Virus record (IMG/VR): IMGVR_UViG_3300038443_002312
Span: 51,674-115,673 of that record
Origin: a virus
Length of the DNA stretch: 64,000 nt
Reading direction: 5' to 3' (one strand)
Shown: piece after piece, positions 9,834 to 18,136 of the stretch
Layout of the letters: each line of letters opens with the position of its first letter
Numbering within the stretch: position 1 is the first letter of the stretch
The notes under the pieces: generated by a model
Told to the model about the DNA's origin: nothing
Databases searched by the model: none
Seen by the model: the letters and a program-made list of their open reading frames with translations, nothing else
Made by a program: the position numbers and the translations under genes

Positions 9834-10153
9834 GGCAGACTCCCCTGGGCGGCCCGACGCAGCAGGTCGTCGAAATGCGTCCCGATCGCGGGGCCGACCG
9901 CCTCGGCCAGGCCCGGGATCTGGAGCCCCCGCGTCCGCACCGGGCCCTTCGCGTGCCGGAAGACCACGAGCCCGGCCCGGTCCAGGGCGAGCAGGTGCGT
10001 CACCACCGCGTTCGGGCTCCGGTACTCCAGGGCCGATTGCAGTTCCCGGACCGTCGGCGACTGCCCGCCGGTCCGGACCATGTAGTCCCGGACCGCCAGG
10101 AAGACCCGCAGCCGCGGGCCGGTCAGCCGGTGCTCGTCACCCACTCCCGACAC
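9830..10153 (-). CDS. LexA-like DNA-binding domain only (no S24 peptidase domain)
   Basis: LT.PR.RVF.AVRDY....GQSPTVRELQSALEYRSPNAVVTHLLALDRAGLV; 107 aa. Confidence 0.8.
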   Translation of the reverse strand: MSGVGDEHRLTGPRLRVFLAVRDYMVRTGGQSPTVRELQSALEYRSPNAVVTHLLALDRAGLVVFRHAKGPVRTRGLQIPGLAEAVGPAIGTHFDDLLRRAAQGSLP

Positions 10154-10177
10154 GTCGACCCCTCCGCGGACACCAGA

Positions 10178-10206
10178 ATCCTACGGCGGGCCTGTCGCTT
10201 TGTCCA
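10178..10206 (-). promoter_or_regulatory. Putative sigma-70 promoter TGGACA-17-TAGGAT
   Basis: Intergenic, upstream of the LexA-like/Rad52 genes. Confidence 0.5.
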
Positions 10207-10222
10207 GATCGGGAGGAAAGAT

Positions 10223-11029
10223 TTATGCAGTCGGGGGCGCGGGGCCGGGGGACGGCCCGGGGGGCGGCGGCGGGTCGGGCGGCTGGCCGTCGGGCGGCTG
10301 GTCGTCGGGCGGGGGCGGGAGGTCGGGGACCTTGGGCTCGGCGGCCAGGGCCTCGCGGGCGGCGTCCCGGGCGATCTGGTGCAGTTCGTCCTTCGACGCC
10401 CCGCCGCCCCGGGCCGTGCTCTCGGCCAGGGCCCGGTCCGACGCGTCCGGGTTGTCCAGCCCGTGAATCCGCCGCTCCAGGTCGGTCACCCGGACGAGGG
10501 TCGACACGAAGTCCATGACCGTCATCTGGTCGATCTTCATGGCCAGGCTGTTCGGGGCCTTGTCGTCGAGCACCCGCTGGGCGAACTTGGCGGCCATCGC
10601 CTGCCCGAGTTCGGCCATCCGGGCCTGCCGCTGGACGACGGCCCGGGTCTGGCGGACCTGCTCGGCCGTGGCCTCGGCCGCCATGAACGCGTCGTACGCC
10701 CGGGCCCGCTTGACCCACTCGTAGTCGCCGGCCGTCCGGTACATGGTCGAGTGCACGTACGCCGCGACCCGGGCGTCCTGGTCGACCGCGGCCAGGGACC
10801 CGAACCCGGCCTCGGTCTGCTCCAGGTACGCCCGGGCGGCCTTCGGGATCGTCCGGACGAGCGGGTCGATCCCGAGGTACAGGCGGAACTGGGCGAACGC
10901 CGTGGACGGCTCGTTCGGCTGGATCTGCCACGGGTCCAGGGCCGGGTCGTACGCGAACTTCTGGTTCCGCCGCTTCCGCGGGCCCGGCCGCGGGCGGTTA
11001 CTGGGCAGTCCCTTGGGCACGGCTGTCAC
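10223..11029 (-). CDS. Putative terminase small subunit-like protein
   Basis: PWQIQPNEPSTAFAQFRLYL...WVKRARAYD pattern typical of phage TerS-like proteins, followed by a helical region. Confidence 0.55.
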   Translation of the reverse strand: MTAVPKGLPSNRPRPGPRKRRNQKFAYDPALDPWQIQPNEPSTAFAQFRLYLGIDPLVRTIPKAARAYLEQTEAGFGSLAAVDQDARVAAYVHSTMYRTAGDYEWVKRARAYDAFMAAEATAEQVRQTRAVVQRQARMAELGQAMAAKFAQRVLDDKAPNSLAMKIDQMTVMDFVSTLVRVTDLERRIHGLDNPDASDRALAESTARGGGASKDELHQIARDAAREALAAEPKVPDLPPPPDDQPPDGQPPDPPPPPGPSPGPAPPTA

Positions 11030-11060
11030 TCGCTGGGGTCAGTGCCAACGGGTTGGCGGG

Positions 11061-12002
11061 CTAGAAGTGGGCCTCGCCGCCGCCCGCCGGGGCCCGCGGC
11101 CGTTCGGCCTCGCGGGCCAGGACGGTGGCCTCGCCCGGCTCCGGGGGCGGTTCCGAAACCCCGTCCTGGCCCGGGTCGGGGGGCGGGGCCCAGCCGATAT
11201 CTATGGCGATGCCCCGCCGCATCAGGTCGGCGACCAGGGCCCGGCCCTGGACCCACTTGGAGTTCGGGGACAGGTTGAAGAACGCGCAGAACTTCTCCTT
11301 CTCGTCGGGCGTCTTGAACACGAGCCCGACGTAGAACCCGTCCTTGGCCGCCTCGCCCGAGACGTCCTTGTACTCCTCCTTGGCGGCCTTCATGGCCCGG
11401 ACGGCGTCGGCGTCGGCGGCCGCCGGGTCGTCCTTCTTCGGGAAGATGTGGGCCAGGTCGATCCCGCCCAGGTCGGACACCTGCGAGTCGAGGATGGACT
11501 TGAGCCGGGCGGTGTCGAACCCGAGCAGGTCGACGTCGATCTGCGGGTCGACCAGGACGTCCTTGGCGAGCTTGTTCCAGTCGAAGAACCCCTGGGCCTC
11601 CGGGTTGTTCAGGACGACGTTGAGCTCCTTCTCCTTCGTCTCGTCCAGGTCGACCACCTTGACCTCGACCCCGTACCCCTCCTCCCGGCCGGCCTGCTGG
11701 TCGAGGATCGTCAGCCGCTGGTGCCCGCCGACCAGGTTCCCCGTCCGCTGGTTCCAGATCAGGTTCTCGACCATGCCGAACTCGCGCATGGACTTCTTGA
11801 GCCGGGACTGGCCGGACGTGTCGATCTGGCGGGGGTTGTACGGGGCCTTGTTGATCCGCTCGCGCGGGATCACGGTGGTCTGCCAGCGGGCGAACAGCGG
11901 GTGCAAGGGGGGCGGTTCCGGCCGGGCGGCGGCCCGGGCCGGCTCGGCGGGCTCGGGCGGGGCGGCGGCCTCGCGGGCGGTGGGCGGCTTGGTCTTGGCC
12001 AT
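11061..12002 (-). CDS. ParB/Srx N-terminal domain protein
   Basis: APYNPRQI...LKKSMREFGMVENLIWNQRTGNLVGGHQRL. Confidence 0.88.
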   Translation of the reverse strand: MAKTKPPTAREAAAPPEPAEPARAAARPEPPPLHPLFARWQTTVIPRERINKAPYNPRQIDTSGQSRLKKSMREFGMVENLIWNQRTGNLVGGHQRLTILDQQAGREEGYGVEVKVVDLDETKEKELNVVLNNPEAQGFFDWNKLAKDVLVDPQIDVDLLGFDTARLKSILDSQVSDLGGIDLAHIFPKKDDPAAADADAVRAMKAAKEEYKDVSGEAAKDGFYVGLVFKTPDEKEKFCAFFNLSPNSKWVQGRALVADLMRRGIAIDIGWAPPPDPGQDGVSEPPPEPGEATVLAREAERPRAPAGGGEAHF

Positions 12003-12033
12003 CGGTGCGGGTCGGGGGCTAGGGGTGAAGGGG

Positions 12034-12774
12034 TCAGCGCTTGACCTGGTTCTTGGCCCGCGGGCGGCCGGTCAGGCCGAGCTCGTGGCGGAGCAGTTCG
12101 GCCTCCGCGAACGGGAAGCGGGCGAGCACCTTCTGGTAGTCGGCCGGGTAGTGGTCTCGCAGGAAGACCAGGTCCCCGCCCTCCAGCCCGCCGCCGTACG
12201 AGTGCCCGATGTGGGCGTACTCGGGGGAGAGCGGGATGTCGTGCAGCTTCAGGTAGGTGACGACGTCCGCGTTACTCCACTCCGAGAGCGGGTAGCCGCG
12301 GCACGACACGAGCATGATCCCGTTGGACTGGTTGAGCATCGCCCGCCGCTGGAGGCTGTCGCACTTCTTCAGCCCGTGGGCGAACCACTTGATCCCGGTC
12401 TGCTTGTACACCGCGACCTCGACGTCCCGGATGCGCAGGTCGGGGATGCGGAAGTTCGAGGGCAGGTCGTCGTCCCGGAGGGCGGCGGCGGCCAGCCGGC
12501 GGGACAGGGCCCAGTGGGGCAGGCGGATGATCCGCCCGAGGGCCAGTTTCGCCCCCGCCCGCTCCTCCCAGTACCGCATGTACTGCTCGTGGAAGGACAG
12601 GCCGGGGGTGATGTACATGTAGAACGCGCCGACCCGCTTGAACCACTTCAGACAAAGGTCCATCATGCAGACGGAATCTTTTCCGCAACTGAACCCGACG
12701 TTGATCTCGTCGGTCTCGTAACGAAGCCGCCGCAGGACGTCCTGGGGGTCGGCCTGCGGCGGGACGGGCGGCAT
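12034..12774 (-). CDS. PAPS reductase/PP-loop family protein
   Basis: PP-loop VGFSCGKDSVCMMDL, GLKKCDSLQRR, YPLSEWS. Confidence 0.85.
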   Translation of the reverse strand: MPPVPPQADPQDVLRRLRYETDEINVGFSCGKDSVCMMDLCLKWFKRVGAFYMYITPGLSFHEQYMRYWEERAGAKLALGRIIRLPHWALSRRLAAAALRDDDLPSNFRIPDLRIRDVEVAVYKQTGIKWFAHGLKKCDSLQRRAMLNQSNGIMLVSCRGYPLSEWSNADVVTYLKLHDIPLSPEYAHIGHSYGGGLEGGDLVFLRDHYPADYQKVLARFPFAEAELLRHELGLTGRPRAKNQVKR

Positions 12775-12793
12775 GTTCGTTCACCGGCCGGGA

Positions 12794-13048
12794 TCAGCCG
12801 GTCTCCCCACTCCCCAGCATCCGGTTGACCCGGCGCCGGACCATCCGGCTCTGCGACGGCGTCCTGCCCGGGATGCCGGTCGCGATCCGGCCGGACTCCT
12901 GGACCGACCGGCGGGCGGCGGCGAACCGCTGGCTCGCCGCCTCGGCCCGGTTGACGCCCCCGGGCCCCATCCGCCGCGTCTGCCGGCGGCTCGCCGCGTC
13001 CGCCTTCTTCGTCGGCCGGCTGTTGCCCGGCGTGTTCCGACGCGCCAT
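12794..13048 (-). CDS. Small Arg-rich basic protein
   Basis: MARRNTPGNSRPTKK..., 84 aa, highly basic, directly upstream of the PP-loop gene. Confidence 0.6.
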   Translation of the reverse strand: MARRNTPGNSRPTKKADAASRRQTRRMGPGGVNRAEAASQRFAAARRSVQESGRIATGIPGRTPSQSRMVRRRVNRMLGSGETG

Positions 13049-13198
13049 TTCCTGCCTCCGTCCCGATTCAAGCCATCGGGTGGCTTGGGCCGACTTGCGG
13101 GCTCTCACCCGCTCACGCGCCCAGCTTTGTTGGACGGATCGCCGCGCTCCCGGCAGAACGGCCCCGGGGCCGCCCCGGGGTGTGATCGTTTCGACCGG

Positions 13199-14197
13199 TT
13201 ATACCGCGGCCGGCTCGCGGTGTCCAGACGGGTTGGTTTCGGGCGGCGGTTCGGCCAGGGGGGCCGCGAACTGGAGCAGGTCCGGGAGGCGCCGCCGGGC
13301 GAACCCGCCGGCCCGCGCAACCTCTGCCAGCAGTTTGGCTTGCCACTCGCCCCGGGGCAGGCGGAACAGCCAGTCCTTGACGTCCTCGTCGCGCTTGAGC
13401 CCGGGCAGGTCGACCGGGGCGACGGCGGCGGCCTTCGAGAACATGAGGGCCCCGGCCACCCAGGCGGCGTATTCGAGCCCGACCTCGTTGTGGTCGGGCA
13501 GGACCAGGACGACCCGGTGGCGGAACAGGTCGACGAAGTCCGGGGTCCACCGCCGGCACTTGGCCCCGCCCTGGGTGGTGGTCGCCAGGAACCCCAGCCG
13601 GCCGAGCAGGTCGGCCTTGCCCTCGCCCTCGACCCAGAGGCAGGGGCGGTCGGGGTAGGCGGCGAGCAGGTCGGCGTTGTACGGCCACCACCGGACCTCC
13701 GGCAGGTCGACCGCCCCGGCCGCGTTCTCCTCCGCCCGGACCCGCCGCCAGCCCCACCGCCCGCGGTCGGCGTACTGGCCGCCCAGGAGGCCGTACACCC
13801 ACGGGCCCTTGGGGTCGCCGTGCAGCCGCCGCCGGGGCTCGAACCGCTTCGGGTCGAACCGCACGACCTGGTAGGCCGGCTCCCCGTCCGGGTCGCGGTA
13901 GTCGTACCAGGCGACCTCGACCACCGGGTCGTCCCGCCGCCTCCGGTCCGGCGGGCCGATGTCGGCGAACGTCAGCCCGACCGCGGCCAGGACCTGCCTC
14001 TTTTCACACTTGCCGCGGCACGAAATAATCAAACGACCGTCCCGACCCAACATCAGGGCGAGGGACGGGTCGCGGTCGCCGTGCTTGTGCCCGGCCGCGT
14101 TCGGGCAGTGGGCCCACGCCTGGTTCTGGCCGAACGTGCGGTACCCCTTCAGGCAGGAGGCGAACCTCGGGAATTGCGACATCAGCCAGTCGGCCAC
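13199..14197 (-). CDS. DNA primase-like protein (Zn-binding + TOPRIM)
   Basis: CP..AGH..GDRDPSL...SCRGKC; YDYRDPDG..YQVVRF; WVEGEGKAD; VLPDHN; DVKDW. Confidence 0.85.
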   Translation of the reverse strand: MADWLMSQFPRFASCLKGYRTFGQNQAWAHCPNAAGHKHGDRDPSLALMLGRDGRLIISCRGKCEKRQVLAAVGLTFADIGPPDRRRRDDPVVEVAWYDYRDPDGEPAYQVVRFDPKRFEPRRRLHGDPKGPWVYGLLGGQYADRGRWGWRRVRAEENAAGAVDLPEVRWWPYNADLLAAYPDRPCLWVEGEGKADLLGRLGFLATTTQGGAKCRRWTPDFVDLFRHRVVLVLPDHNEVGLEYAAWVAGALMFSKAAAVAPVDLPGLKRDEDVKDWLFRLPRGEWQAKLLAEVARAGGFARRRLPDLLQFAAPLAEPPPETNPSGHREPAAV

Positions 14198-14236
14198 GGG
14201 CGGTCCCTCGGGTGGGTGCCAACGGGTTGGCGGGCG

Positions 14237-15694
14237 TCAGTGCCCGGCCCCGATTGTCTCCGGGTGGTTGGATTTAATCCAGTCCTGGGCCGCCCGGGCG
14301 GCCAGGACGTACTCGCGGGACGGGGTCATGTTGACCTCCTGGCCCGGGCGGTACGTGTCCCAGATGGCCTTGCGGATGTTCGCCGGGAGCTTCTTCCAGC
14401 AGCCGGCGCACCCCCACATGGCCGGCGGGACCTGCCGCCCGCAGCCCGGCCAGTGGCACGTGTGGTCCCGCGTCTGCCCCTGCCGGGTGACGTACTCGAC
14501 CTTGTCCTGCCGCGGGGTGAGGGCCGGGTCCAACTCGCGGAACACCTGGACCAGGAAGGACGCGACGAACGCCTCCAGCCCGCGGGCCCGGTGCTCGGCG
14601 TTCCCGGCCACGTTCAACACCTTGACGTTGTTCGCCCGGACCCAGGCCGCGACCCGGGAGGGACTCGCCGTGGTCGGGAACGAGACGTCCAGGAACGGCT
14701 TCTGGTTAGCCCGGCACAGGTCCGCCGTCAGCCTCTCGCCGGCCGAGTTCCAGTCGGCCGCGAACCGCAGGGTCCCGTCGGAGTCCCGGACGTTCGCGGC
14801 GGTCCGGTCCGGGTACTTCTCCGACTCGTGCTCGCGCATCCCGTACAGGGCCGCGAACTCGGGGTGCGGGCCGTCGAGGGCCGTCCACCCCCGGGGCATC
14901 CACCCCCCGGTGGGCAGGCCGCACGACCGGGCCGCGACCAGCCCGCCCCGGTCCGCCCCGGTCTGGCCGCCGGAGACCACCCTCGCCAGTTTGTGGACCG
15001 CCCGCACGCCCCCGCCCTCCTCGGCTTGTGCCCGGTCCTGCCACCGGACGAAGACCAGTTTGTCGCCCGCCTCGCCCCGCTCCCACGCCCCCCACGGGGC
15101 CCGCCAGTGGGCCTCCCCGAGCCACCGCCAGTGCCGGTCGCCGACCGGGAAGTCCTTGTCGAACGGGTGGGCCGCGTCGTGCACCAGCCAGTGCCGCGGG
15201 GCCGTCGCCGCCGGGTCGGCCTCGCCCCGGTGCGAGCCGGGCTGGACCTGCAAGAAATGGTCGCGGTCGGCCGACCGGGGTTTCAGGTGTTCCGTGAGCC
15301 GGTCCCAGAGGGGCTTGCACCGCCTCCACCACGCCGCGAGCGCGTCGCTCGGCCGGTCCGGGACGATCTTCAGGCGGCCCTCGGCCGGGACCCACTTGAG
15401 CCCGTAGCCGATCCCGTACAGGTCGCGGACGGCCTTCTCGGCCTGGTGGTCGAACGGGCCGGCCGCCTCGGCCGCGGCCGCCTTGTCGCCCGCCGTCTTG
15501 ACCTGCTCCGGCATCCAGCCGGCGGCGGCCAGCCGGGTCAACTCGACGCGGTGGATCGCGACCACCCGGGCCAGCGCGTCCGACACCTCGCCGGAGGCCC
15601 CGGGGGCCGCCGCGAGCGCAAAGGCCCCGTCCTCACCCACCCTCGGGACCAGCCCCCGGTTCAAGCAAATCGCGAACACGCTCTTGGCGTCCAA
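14237..15694 (-). CDS. Multidomain protein with SLOG (MoCo_carrier/cpYpsA-like) domain and C-terminal Cys/His domain
   Basis: VSGGQTGADRGGL, GGWMPRGW, RTAANVRDSDGTL, VLNVAGN; HTCHWPGC...WGCAGCW. Confidence 0.8.
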   Translation of the reverse strand: MDAKSVFAICLNRGLVPRVGEDGAFALAAAPGASGEVSDALARVVAIHRVELTRLAAAGWMPEQVKTAGDKAAAAEAAGPFDHQAEKAVRDLYGIGYGLKWVPAEGRLKIVPDRPSDALAAWWRRCKPLWDRLTEHLKPRSADRDHFLQVQPGSHRGEADPAATAPRHWLVHDAAHPFDKDFPVGDRHWRWLGEAHWRAPWGAWERGEAGDKLVFVRWQDRAQAEEGGGVRAVHKLARVVSGGQTGADRGGLVAARSCGLPTGGWMPRGWTALDGPHPEFAALYGMREHESEKYPDRTAANVRDSDGTLRFAADWNSAGERLTADLCRANQKPFLDVSFPTTASPSRVAAWVRANNVKVLNVAGNAEHRARGLEAFVASFLVQVFRELDPALTPRQDKVEYVTRQGQTRDHTCHWPGCGRQVPPAMWGCAGCWKKLPANIRKAIWDTYRPGQEVNMTPSREYVLAARAAQDWIKSNHPETIGAGH

Positions 15695-16121
15695 GGCCCG
15701 CGCCCTCCTCCGGTTCCGGGGCCATCACCACCTTCCGGTACCCGGCGTGGACGAGCCCGTCGTGCACGTCCCGGACGGCCTTCGCCCCGGCCGGGGTGTA
15801 CCGGACGTAGATCGTCGGCTGGACCGGGCTCGACGGCCTGATGACCCCGTTGACGGTCTCGACCAGCCGGCCCGCCGGCCACGCCCGCAGCCGCTTGCCG
15901 CCCGGGGCGTCCCACTCCAGGCGGACGCCGTCGGGCAGGGTGTCGTGCACGTGGGCGTGCTTGCCCTTCTCCGGGCAGCCGGCCAGCACCTCGGCCATGA
16001 CCGCCTTCGCCGCCTTGGCGGGGGTCATCTGGCCGACGACCTCGCACGTGCGCCCGCACCGCGCGCACCGCCCGGTGTGGACGATGCCGGCGGACTCGAT
16101 CTTGACCGGGACCAGGGGCAT
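15633..16121 (-). CDS. Hypothetical Zn-binding protein
   Basis: CARCGRTC; operon position. Confidence 0.55.
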   Translation of the reverse strand: MPLVPVKIESAGIVHTGRCARCGRTCEVVGQMTPAKAAKAVMAEVLAGCPEKGKHAHVHDTLPDGVRLEWDAPGGKRLRAWPAGRLVETVNGVIRPSSPVQPTIYVRYTPAGAKAVRDVHDGLVHAGYRKVVMAPEPEEGAGLGRQERVRDLLEPGAGPEGG

Positions 16122-16124
16122 ACG

Positions 16125-16964
16125 TCACCCGACCTTGCTCAGGGCGGCGGCGACCCGCTCGCGGGCGGCGGCCGCGTACTCCGGAACCCGCTCGACGCCC
16201 ACGCACCGCCGCCCGCCGCCCTCGCGGACGACCGCCTCCCCGGTCGTCCCGGACCCGTAGAACGGGTCGAGGACGAGCCCGCCCGGCGGGCACAGGTACC
16301 GGACCCACCACCGCACGAGGTCGAGCGGGGTCTCGGCCCCGTGCCGCCCGGCCTGGGTGTTCGGGACCGGGATCAGGTTCGGCGGGGTCACCCCGCCCCG
16401 GCGAACGGCGGCCGCGTAGCACGCCGCCTTGTCCACGCTCTGCCCGCTCGGCCCGGCCACCGCCACCCGGGCCCGGTGGTACTGGCGCTCCCCGGCCGAC
16501 CGGGCCGACTCGGCCCACAGGACCGCGCCCTGGGCGCGGTAGCAGTCGGGCGGGCCGAGCCAGACGCACGCCTTGACGCTCGGCCGCAGGAGCCCGGCGG
16601 CCGGGGCCCCGCCGACCGGCAGGCAGGCGAAGTTCCACCACCACGCGTCCTGGACCAGCCCCCACCGCTCGGCCCAGTCGAGCATGAACCGCAGCCACCA
16701 CGTCCGCATCCGCCCGACCCGCTCGCTGTTCGGCTGGATCACGAAGACCGCCGACCCGGTCGGCCTGAGCACCCGCCGGCACTCGGGGACGACCACGTCC
16801 ATGAGGGCGAACCACTCGGCCTCCGTCCACCGCCCGTAGTCCCGGTCGACCTCCGGGTACGGCGGGTCGCAGACCACGCAGTCGAACAGCCCGGCCGGGC
16901 ACTCGCCCAGCACCGCCCGGGAGTCGCCGCAGATCGCCCACACCGGCCCGCCGCCGTCGAGCAT
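16125..16964 (-). CDS. N4/N6 DNA methyltransferase (beta class)
   Basis: CDPPY precedes VLDPFYGSGTTG. Confidence 0.9.
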   Translation of the reverse strand: MLDGGGPVWAICGDSRAVLGECPAGLFDCVVCDPPYPEVDRDYGRWTEAEWFALMDVVVPECRRVLRPTGSAVFVIQPNSERVGRMRTWWLRFMLDWAERWGLVQDAWWWNFACLPVGGAPAAGLLRPSVKACVWLGPPDCYRAQGAVLWAESARSAGERQYHRARVAVAGPSGQSVDKAACYAAAVRRGGVTPPNLIPVPNTQAGRHGAETPLDLVRWWVRYLCPPGGLVLDPFYGSGTTGEAVVREGGGRRCVGVERVPEYAAAARERVAAALSKVG

Positions 16965-16967
16965 ACG

Positions 16968-17294
16968 TCACCCGTGTTTGACCGACCCGCCGGCCCGAAC
17001 GCTCCCGCCGACCGCCCCGCACGTGACCGACCCCCGGGCGTCGACCCCGCCGCCCACGTCCCCGCACGACACCGACCCGTTCGCGGACACTCGCCCGGAC
17101 ACCGACCCGTGGACCGTGACCGCCGCGTCCGAGTGGACGTCGGCCGCCGGCCCGGACCACTCGACGCGGACGACCCCGGACAGGCCGGTCACGACCTGAG
17201 TGTCGCCCACGGTGACGGTCCCGCCGTCGACCCGGACGCTCCTGCCGTCCGGGACCTCGACCCGCGTCCCGTTGACCACGATCACCGATGCCAC
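16968..17294 (-). CDS. Gly/Val/Ser beta-solenoid repeat protein
   Basis: Repeats V.A.GSV.CG.VGG. Confidence 0.7.
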   Translation of the reverse strand: MASVIVVNGTRVEVPDGRSVRVDGGTVTVGDTQVVTGLSGVVRVEWSGPAADVHSDAAVTVHGSVSGRVSANGSVSCGDVGGGVDARGSVTCGAVGGSVRAGGSVKHG

Positions 17295-17318
17295 GTGAGC
17301 CCCCTGCCAACTGGTTGG

Positions 17319-18125
17319 CTAGTCGAACACCCGTTCCCGCTCCATCCGCCGCAGGCACGCCTCGGGCGACTCCCCGCGGCGGAGTTCGTAACTCGCCCCC
17401 ACGCACCCGCCCTTCCAGCTGCCCGTCCGCTCGCCGACCTCGTCGGAGAACGCCACGTCGATGTACGCCCGGGTGCGTTTGGGGAACCACAGCCCGGCCT
17501 TCCAGAACAGCCGCCAGCACCAGGTCCGCCGCTCGGCCGTGACGGCCGCCTCGCGGACCTGGACCTCCCCGGACTGGAGCGTGTAGACGTAGGCGAACGT
17601 CTGCCGGTACGCGCCTTCGGGCTCGTCGTGGTACGGGTAGCGGAGCCCGTCCCGGGCCTGGTCGCCGCGGACGAGTTTGCCGCCGCGGAGGTAGCGGTGC
17701 CACCGCCCCAGCCGCGGCCGCCACGCCCGGGTCACTTCCTCGGTCACGACGAACCGCCCGTCGGCGAGCATCACCTCCCGCCGGACGTGCTCCATCGCCC
17801 ACGGCAGGTTCACGATCTTGCACCGGTCCCGCCAGTTCAGGTGCAGGCACCGGGATTCGGGGTCGAGCGTGAACCCCCACGTGTCCAGCATCGGGTCGCG
17901 GGGCGGCGTGCCCGCCCGCCGCAGGTCGACCCACAGGCAGAAGAGGTGCAGCACCCACCGCGGATCGTCGTCGAACTTGTGCAGGGCGACCGACCACCGC
18001 CAGGACGCGACCCGGACCCGGCCCCAGAACGTCCCGCGGGCCCCGAACCGGTACTCGCGGCCGTCGCGGGTCGCCGCCCGCACCCGGGCCGGCCAACTCA
18101 GGAGTCGCTTGATCGCCCCGAACAT
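17319..18125 (-). CDS. Hypothetical protein
   Basis: MFGAIKRLL..., 268 aa, Trp-rich. Confidence 0.65.
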   Translation of the reverse strand: MFGAIKRLLSWPARVRAATRDGREYRFGARGTFWGRVRVASWRWSVALHKFDDDPRWVLHLFCLWVDLRRAGTPPRDPMLDTWGFTLDPESRCLHLNWRDRCKIVNLPWAMEHVRREVMLADGRFVVTEEVTRAWRPRLGRWHRYLRGGKLVRGDQARDGLRYPYHDEPEGAYRQTFAYVYTLQSGEVQVREAAVTAERRTWCWRLFWKAGLWFPKRTRAYIDVAFSDEVGERTGSWKGGCVGASYELRRGESPEACLRRMERERVFD

Positions 18126-18136
18126 CGTGCTGCCCC

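Noticed and set aside
11061-12774. Sulfate-assimilation cysH auxiliary gene or a complete dnd/ssp operon
   Set aside because: Context is ParB/TerS; no other cys genes and no DndD/SspC ATPase or desulfurase in the window
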